From Selaginella moellendorffii (taxonomy: Eukaryota > Plantae > Lycopodiophyta): a stretch of DNA of 15,264 nt. A program made the translations under genes and the position numbers. Positions 8,518 through 15,264 of the stretch are shown piece by piece. Under the pieces are notes generated by a model. The model worked only from the letters and a program-made list of their open reading frames with translations. It did not search any database and had not been told where the DNA came from. Within the stretch, counting starts at the first letter, position 1. Each line of letters opens with the position of its first letter. The DNA lies in assembly GCF_000143415.4 (NCBI RefSeq), contig NW_003314528.1, forward strand, positions 1 to 15,264, written 5' to 3'.

Positions 8518-11362
8518 TTTTCCTCAGTTCTAGCGAAGGATAGAGGCGGATTGCTGGGAGATGGCAAGGGCAGGGCGTAAGCGAACCCAGGCGGAGACGG
8601 AACCTCCGCCAGAGCTGGAGCCTCCGGTCGAACAAGAGGCTATGGATGAGGAATCCTTGCATGAGGAGGACTCCAGTGAGGAAACTTCCAAACAGGAGTT
8701 CGGTGGCGAGGTTCGGTCGTCCAAAGCTCGATTGGACGTTCTAGAAGGTCAATCGGCACAGACCAATGCCCTGCTGGAGACTCTCGTACGCAAGCTAAAG
8801 CGTGACGAGAAGCGGAAGAAAAGGCGAAAGACTGCGGATGCTGGCAGCGCAGAAGGTGCGGACCCTTCGGCAGGGACTGAGGCAAAACCAGACAAGGTCG
8901 AACAGACTGAAGTGGAATCAGTCCCTCAGGCAGTTCCCAAGTACAAACCAAAGCCCCCACCGGTCTTCAAGGGAGTGAATGACTATAAGGTGGTGGAGGA
9001 TTGGTTTTACGATATGGAGGACTACTTCCGAGCGTTGCGGTTACCGAGCTCGGAGAAGGTCCCATGTGCAAAACCATACTTGGCAGATAATGCCAAGTCT
9101 TGGTGGAGAACAACGGAGGCCAACGAAGGACCGGTGGTCACTTGGGACATGATGAAGGCGAGGATCCGCGCAACATATGTTCCTCCGAATGCCACTCTGC
9201 ATCTGAGGGATGAACTGAGTAGGCTGAAGCAGACTGGAACCATCCAGGAATATGTGAATGGGTTCATGGCAAAGAGGATACTTGTCACGGACATGGGGGA
9301 TATGGATGCGTTCCATGCCTTCATATCAGGTTTGCAAACCTGGGCTCGCGGTGAGGTGATGCGCTGGAACCCGACCAACTACAAGGAAGCGTTGGATGCG
9401 GCCATCAAGGTGCATTTCAACGATAACCTGCGAAAGGGGAACATGACGGGGTCGGGATCCACGTTTAGCAAAGGGGCCAAACCAAGAGGAACGTATAGCA
9501 GAGGGAAATTCAAGAAGAGTTTCTCTAAGAATGAGTCCTCGGGGTTCCGGAAAGGCAAATCCGGTGGCCAATGAGTGAGTACGTGGGGGAGTCAAGCGAA
9601 AAGAGACAAACCCACGGATAAGAAGGTTAAATCATATAGCAACGTGGGAAACAACGTATGCTACAACTGCGGTGAAGCGGGACACTTCTCGAGGGAATGT
9701 CCCTACCCGAAGAAGGCCAGAGCCAATATGGCCATCAAGTCGGGTGAAGTCCAAACTGAGGTATGTGATCCAGTCCTTAACTCAAAGTTACTCATTACAC
9801 GAGCAACTTTGGTAGAGAGTCGTTCGCGACATCTACTAGCCCTCCGAGGGAAGCTCGAAGGTAGCTTTGTTAAGATCCTTATTGACACGGGTGCTTCGGA
9901 TAATTTTGTGGCTGCAGACATAGTCCGGCAAGCCGGACTAACGGTGCAGCGGCTAGGCGAACCAAGGACTATAGAGTTTGTTCAAGGTAGCCAAAGCACC
10001 GATGAGGTACTTCGACAAGCGAGAGTCGAAGTAGGGACATGGAAAGTAGACATGGATTTCACCGTGTTGGACATGGCGGGATTTGACGTGATCTTCGGAA
10101 TGGATTGGTTCAATCGGTTCGTGGTAGCCCTACATGGACAAGGTAGGAACCTTGTGGTATTGGCGAATGCCCAAGGAAGAAGATCCAGGGTGGAGGCCTA
10201 GGATCTAAAGGTAGGGCAATGCAAGGCTAAAGATTCATGCCTGAACCTGGTGTCCACAAGAGGACAACTCACTAAAGGTACCAAGGCTACATTTTTGTGC
10301 TTACTCTCGGTGAGAAGTGACAAAAAGACAGGAACAGAAGAAGTACCTTTAGTGATCCAGCGGGTGTTGGACCAATTCCAGGATACCATGCCGGAGGAGC
10401 TACCGGCATGGTTGCCCCCCGCACGACCGATAGAACATAAGATTGAGCTGGTCGAGGGTGCTGAGGCGGTGGTTCGTCCACCCTATCGATTGAACGAAAA
10501 AGAACTTGCAGAGCTCAAGCGCCAACTAGAGGAGTTGGTGGACAAAGGGTATGTTAGGTTGAGCAAGTCGCCATATGGGGCGCCGGTGCTATTTGTGAAA
10601 AAGAAAGATGAATCTATGCGCATGTGCATAGACTACCGGTTGCTCAACAAGTATACCAAGAAGAACAAGTACCCTTTGCCAAGGATTGAGGACCTCTTCG
10701 ATAGGTTGGGAAAGGCAAAATACTTCTCGAGGATTGACCTAAGGTCAGGATACTACCAGATCAGGGTAGCCAAGGAAGATGTCGAGAAGACAACCTGTCG
10801 AACGAGGTATGGGAGCTTTGAGTTTTTGGTGATGCCCTTTGGGCTGTGCAATGCGCCGGCAACGTTTTCGGCGTTGATGAACCACATCTTTGTACCCTAT
10901 CTGGATCACTTCGTGGTCGTCTATATTGACGACATCCTGATCTATAGCGAGACGCTAGAGGAGCATGCCGAACACTTGGCGAAGGTGTTTGAGAAACTAA
11001 GGGAATATAAACTGTATGCTAAAGAGAGCAAATGTGACTTTGCTCAACAAGAGGTAAAGTTTCTCGGGCATGTGGTGGGCCAGGACGGGCTCAAGGTGGA
11101 CCCGGAGAAGGTCTAAGCGATCCAGGAATGGGAGCGACCATCGAATGTACATGAGTTGAGGGCGTTCTTGGGGCTATGCAACTACTATCGAAAGTTTATC
11201 AGACACTATTCGAGAGTAGCCCTGCCCTTAACGGATCAAACGGGAAAAGGGAAGATGGTATGGACAGCGGAATGCGAGGCGGCATTCGTCCACCTCAAAG
11301 GGAAGTTGAGGAAGGCTCCGGTGTTGGCATTACCAGACTTTGGTAAGGACTTTGAGGTAGAC

Positions 11363-11957
11363 TGTAAGCAACCAAAGGGAACGACTCGAGAGACGATCCA
11401 TAGGGGTTCAAATATAGAGGGAAAGGGCCCATGAACAAGAGTGCACCCCCTTTTCCAATCGGTTAAGGGTCTTGGGATACTTGGGGTTAAGCGTCCTTGG
11501 GTTTGAATAGTACTGGGCTGGTTGACCTCCCGGGAAGTCCAAATTCAGGAGCTTACATTTGGTATCGGAGCGGTCTCGGGTCCGACTCTGTTGGTTGGCT
11601 AGGGGAATCACACCACATGTTGATTGACATCTGGTTGGTCCAGTTTACTCCCGCTGGGCTCGACCCGAGGGGTAGGGTGTCAAGAGAGCGAGGCTCTCGG
11701 GAGAGCTGCGGCTCTCAGCTTCCGTTCACGAGGGCGTGAACTTGCAGGGAAGCGTGGTGGATTGTAAGCAACCAAAGGGAACGACTCGAGAGACGATCCA
11801 TAGGGGTTCAAATATAGAGGGAAAGGGCCCATGAACAAGAGTGCACCCCCTTTTCCAATCGGTTAAGGGTCTTGGGATACTTGGGGTTAAGCGTCCTTGG
11901 GTTTGAATAGTACTGGGCTGGTTGACCTCCCGGGAAGTCCAAATTCAGGAGCTTACA
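11363..11957 (+). mobile_element. Cassandra-type TRIM (non-autonomous LTR retrotransposon with 5S rRNA-derived LTRs), 595 bp
   Basis: Two identical 195-bp LTRs (11363-11557, 11763-11957; TGTAAG...CTTACA), PBS TGGTATCGGAGC (11560-11571), 205-bp non-coding interior, PPT-like tract, and a perfect 5-bp TSD TAGAC (11358-11362, 11958-11962). Confidence 0.96.
11486..11540 (+). promoter_or_regulatory. 5S rRNA-derived internal Pol III promoter segment (A box to C box) in the TRIM 5' LTR; second copy at 11886-11940
   Basis: GTTAAGCGTCCTTGGGTTTGAATAGTACTGGGCTGGTTGACCTCCCGGGAAGTCC aligns without gaps at 46/55 positions to the plant 5S rRNA segment as I recall it (GTTAAGCGTGCTTGGGCGAGAGTAGTACTAGGATGGGTGACCTCCTGGGAAGTCC). 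Confidence 0.92.
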
Positions 11958-13034
11958 TAGACACGGATGCTTCGGACTTTGCGTTGGGCGTAGTTTTGAA
12001 GCAAGACAACCATCCAGTAGCGTTCTTCTCGAAGAAGCTGGACAAGGCTCAACGGAAGTGGCCTGCCCACGAGAAGGAATTGTTTGCGGTGGTCAAGGCG
12101 CTCAAGGAGTGGCGACACTACCTTGGGAGACACTTCAAGGTTTACACGGACAATGTGGCAACGAAACACTTCTTGTCACAACCCGACCTGAGAGGGAAAC
12201 AAGGTCGGTGGGCCAATGCCTTGGCCGAGTTTGATTGCGAGATTCTGTACAAGCCTGGGAAGAGCAACATCGTGGCAGATGCGCTAAGTCAAAAAGCAAG
12301 CTTGAGGTTGGCGATCTCCAGTGCAACAGCAACCTTCTGGGACGATGTGCGGACAGCATATGAGAACGATGGTCTAGCACAAGAAGTGTTGTTGAGGAAT
12401 CTGGAGGCGCGGGAAGCTCACCAGAGAGGTGAGCTGCCAACGGAAGAGAAAACGGGCTATGCGGAACGCAACGGACTCATTTATTACAAGCAAACGAGGG
12501 TGTATGTTCCAGAAGGGGGACTAAGGAAGGTAGCCTTAGAAGAGTGTCATGACGGACCTCTTGCGGGACACGGTGGAGTGCCCAAGACGATGGGCTTACT
12601 CAAGAGGAAGTACCATTGGCCAGATATGGCTAAGGACGTCCAAGACTATGTAAAGACATGTCCAACATGTCAGCAGGTCAAAGCCGTGACTAAGGCTAGT
12701 GGGGGCTTGTTGCAAAGCATCCCAATTCCAGATCGTCCGTGGAAATGTCTCACGATGGACTTCATCACGGGACTACCCCCAAGTGAGGGGTTCGATGCGA
12801 TATTCGTGGTGGTGGACCGATTTTCAAAGATGGCACATTTCATACCCACCACAACGGACGTGGATGCGGAAGGTGTGGCGAAGCTGTTCTTCGAACAAGT
12901 GGTTCGAGTGCGGGGAAGGCCAGAAGAGATTATCTCAGATCGAGATAAGATCTTCACTAGTAGGTTCTGGAGGACACTCCTGGAACAGTATCGCACCAAG
13001 TTGAAATTCAGCACCACCTATCACCCACAGACAG

Positions 13035-13081
13035 GTAATGGGTATTAAGTCAAGATTGATGGCACTAACACTTCTTGACAG
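13035..13081 (+). other. Predicted spliceosomal intron 1 in the integrase core (47 nt, phase 1)
   Basis: CAG|GTAATG...CACTAAC...TTGACAG|AT. Removal gives CAC CCA CAG ACA GAT GGA CAA ACG GAA AGG = HPQTDGQTER. Confidence 0.88.
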
Positions 13082-13499
13082 ATGGACAAACGGAAAGGGT
13101 GAATAGGCAGCTGGAGGATTATTTGCGATACTATGTCTCGGGAGACCAGACCGACTGGGTAAGTCATTTGGGACTTGCGGAAATGTGTTATAACAACTCA
13201 CCACATTCGAGCATCGGGGTGAGTCCATGGGAAGTCATCAATGGGCGAGCTATTGAAGGTCTTGTGGAACTCGGCGTGGCCGAGTATCATGGAGAGCTAC
13301 CCGCCGTGGAGACATTCACGGCGGAAAGACTCAACATTTGGAATTTAGTGAGGGATTCCTTGGAACGGGCTCAACAAAGGCAAACTAAGTACGCGAACCA
13401 AAAGCGTCGGGATGTGGAGTTCCAAGCTGGGGAGAAGGTGTGGCTGAACACCAAGAACCTCAGGCTACCAAGTGGGATCAGCCGAAAGTTGACCCAAAG

Positions 13500-13550
13500 G
13501 TAAAATGCATGTATTCCTGTAAATGAATTGATCTTGAGTTCCTTAAGCAG
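13500..13550 (+). other. Predicted spliceosomal intron 2 before the GPY motif (51 nt, phase 2)
   Basis: AAG|GTAAAA...TTAAGCAG|GT, AT-rich, with an in-frame TAA. Removal gives KLTQRFAGPY. Confidence 0.88.
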
Positions 13551-14027
13551 GTTCGCGGGGCCTTACGAGATTGAGGCACGAATCGGTAAAGTGGCTTACC
13601 GACTCCGACTTCCTCGAGAGATGGGGAAGATGCACCCAGTGTTCCACGTGAACTTACTCAAGCCGTACTTTGAGGATCTGCTTCGCAAGGACCAAGTAAG
13701 ACCTTTACCCGAGGTTATCCAAGGGGAAGAGGAATACGAAGTCGAGGCCATCCTCAATGTGCGCAAGAGCAAGCGACAAGGACGCGAGGTGAGAGAGTTC
13801 CATGTGAAGTGGAAAGGATTTCCACACTGCGAAGCAACATGGGAACCGGAGGAGAACCTAGCGAACGCGTGAGATCTAGTGGAGGAATTTCTGCAAGGCA
13901 GAACTCTATGTACTTATGCAAAGTTCAATTAAAAATATCAATTTGCAAAGTTGAGCAAGTGGCATGTGTTGGGACCCGAAGGCGCGCCGAAGGTAAGCTA
14001 ATTAGCATGGGTTAGCTAGGTCGACCA

Positions 14028-14192
14028 GGCGTAGGGAGCTACGCCCGACTCCCTGCGGGGATGTCGAATCCGTAGACGTATTCTACGGAGGTTGGGTTCG
14101 AGTCCCAACCCCCTAGTAAAACAAGGCTGGGTTCAAGTCCCGACCCTATACTAGGGCGTGGTGAGGTGAGGAGTATAGGGACACCTATATTC
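14028..14192 (+). other. Hairpin-dense 3' UTR domain with two tRNA T-arm / B-box-like motifs
   Basis: Consecutive stems at 14028-14045, 14046-14066, 14069-14089, 14090-14110 (loop TTCGAGT), 14111-14156 (inner loop TTCAAGT) and 14171-14192. Confidence 0.7.
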
Positions 14193-14294
14193 CGTTGTCA
14201 TGAGCTCTTGGCTGGGGAGGCTAACTTAGGCACACCGCTAAGTGGGGGGATGCCCCCGGAGACATGGTCAACAAGTCGTAGGATAAAACGAGAC

Positions 14295-14335
14295 GTTCGA
14301 TGTGGGCATCGAACTTCTTCTATGGGTGGTGGAGT
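14295..14335 (+). promoter_or_regulatory. Pre-PPT hairpin and polypurine tract
   Basis: gttcgatg-tggg-catcgaac hairpin, then GGGTGGTGGAG (14324-14334) directly before the 3' LTR. Confidence 0.85.
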
Positions 14336-15264
14336 TGTAAGGAACCAACTCGCCGAGGTGTCGTAGGCTAAAGGAACCCCGAAAACATGACCAAAATGAC
14401 AAAGAGTTCATCGGATGGGACCAAGTCGAAGATCGAGTCCAAGACCGACTCTAGGACCGAGTTCGAGATAGAGTCCGGAATCGAGTCCGAGACCGACTCG
14501 GGGGCCAAGTTCGAGTCCGAGTTCGAGACCGAGTTCGAGTCCGAGATCGGGTCCGAGATCGAGTCCGGAATCGAGTCCGAACCCGAATCCGAAGTCGGAT
14601 CTGAAATCGGGTCCGAGATCGAGCCAGAGACTAAGTCCAAATACTAATACGGGTCAAGGGGTGAAAGCCCAAAGCGTGCGTCTCCCAGGGGGGGGGGGCT
14701 GCAGGGGGTTCCAAAAGTATAGTAGGGATAGTGAGGTCCAGGAACCAGTTTTGAAGGGACTCTCCAGTTGGGCTTCCAAACCGACTTGAGGTTGGGACTG
14801 GGACCCTAAACCCTAAAACCGCCTTGGGTGGGAGTGAGCATGGACTTGGCTGGTGCCGGAGGGGCCATCCAAGGAAGTGCTCAAGAGCAGCTCCCACTCC
14901 CGAAAGGGAAACCGATTGCGGTGCTCCCGGCTCATGTGGAGTGGTGCCCCACTTGAGTACCATGCGGCTCATTGGTCCTCGCCCTTCCTAGGGGCTTGGG
15001 CCTTCCTTCGGGATGGAAGTGAGGGGCGAGAGGTACCCATACCGGGCCGCTAGGCCACGGTGTTTCGCCCCGGCGTCCCGAAGCAAGTGTTGCACTCAAG
15101 ACTTGGGATTTAGAGGGTCCCATGATCAAGTCTTGTGGTACCAAGGGAAGTTAGGAACCTGGAAGCTTGGTGTGCTTGGCTGCTTGTGCTTGCGGGGAGT
15201 GAAGCCGAACCTTAAGTCCAGTCTAACCTGGGGAGGGGGATTGGGAGTGATTTGGGAATCCGTA
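14336..15264 (+). repeat. 3' LTR of the inner element (cut by the window; about 168 bp missing)
   Basis: Starts TGTAAGGAACC after the PPT; colinear with 7417-8333. Confidence 0.97.
14804..14820 (+). repeat. Interstitial plant telomere repeat (CCCTAAA)2 in the 3' LTR only
   Basis: ggacc-CTAAACCCTAAAACC-gccttggg replaces ggacc-GAGGG-gccttggg, the form present in the other two LTR copies. Confidence 0.9.

Larger units (their letters stand above)
8561..13932 (+). pseudogene. gag-pol: Single-frame gag-pol polyprotein (Gag, CCHC knuckle, protease, RT, RNase H, integrase, chromodomain), now inactivated
   Basis: ORFs starting at 8561, 9575, 10250, 11156 and 11897 are all in one frame. Motifs: CYNCGEAGHFSREC (9659-9700), LIDTGAS (~9884), YIDD (~10922), DTDAS (split by the TRIM), HHCC, MDFITGLP, SDRD, GPY, and chromodomain YEVEAIL...VKWKGF...TWEPEENL. 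Disrupted by stops at 9572, 10199, 11114 and 13870 and by the TRIM. Integrase continuity requires removal of two introns. Confidence 0.93.
7417..15264 (+). mobile_element. Ty3/Gypsy chromovirus LTR retrotransposon (Galadriel-like), nearly full length, nested in an older copy of itself
   Basis: LTR-PBS-gag-PR-RT-RH-IN-chromodomain-PPT-LTR order. RT/RH motifs ([31 protein letters not shown]) and an iMet-type PBS resemble the Galadriel lineage; the lineage call is from memory, not a phylogeny. Confidence 0.95.

Noticed and set aside
9572-9580. TGA followed by GTGAGT as a programmed gag/pol readthrough or splice donor
   Set aside because: The stop lies upstream of the Gag zinc knuckle and fits CGA>TGA decay. 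No matching short intron restores anything, and three other similar stops exist.
11486-11540. A real 5S rRNA gene
   Set aside because: Only ~55 nt of the internal promoter region is present, embedded in TRIM LTRs, with no 5S 5' half or T-run terminator.
11897-11962. N-terminus MGLNSTGLVDLPGSPNSGAY of the 383-aa ORF as a genuine start
   Set aside because: It is translated TRIM LTR sequence that happens to be in frame with RNase H.
14090-14147. tRNA genes
   Set aside because: Only T-arm-like hairpins are present; no acceptor stem, D-arm or anticodon arm in proper geometry.

Overview
Eukaryotic land-plant genomic DNA. The ~50-nt introns, CCCTAAA telomere motif and a 5S variant resembling non-seed-plant 5S suggest a lycophyte such as Selaginella (inference). 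From left to right: degenerate LRR fragments; an intron-containing, secreted, two-repeat potato type II (Pin-II) proteinase inhibitor gene (1295-2133); a decayed minus-strand non-chromovirus Ty3/Gypsy integrase with a patchwork insert; an LTR-like block (4342-5682); then a nest of one chromovirus family (Galadriel-like). In that nest an older copy (LTR 5683-6698 plus 5' gag) is interrupted at 7417 by a nearly full-length younger copy (5' LTR 7417-8501, gag-pol 8561-~13930, 3' LTR from 14336 past the window end). The younger copy's RNase H is in turn interrupted by a 595-bp Cassandra-type TRIM with 5S rRNA-derived LTRs (11363-11957, TSD TAGAC, identical LTRs). Two observations stand out. (1) The chromovirus integrase contains two canonical short GT-AG spliceosomal-type introns whose removal exactly restores the HPQTDGQTER and KLxxRFxGPY motifs, which is unexpected for an element replicating through RNA. 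(2) The Cassandra TRIM and its host chromovirus share termini, a variant PBS and an identically spaced hairpin-PPT module, which makes this family a candidate autonomous partner.
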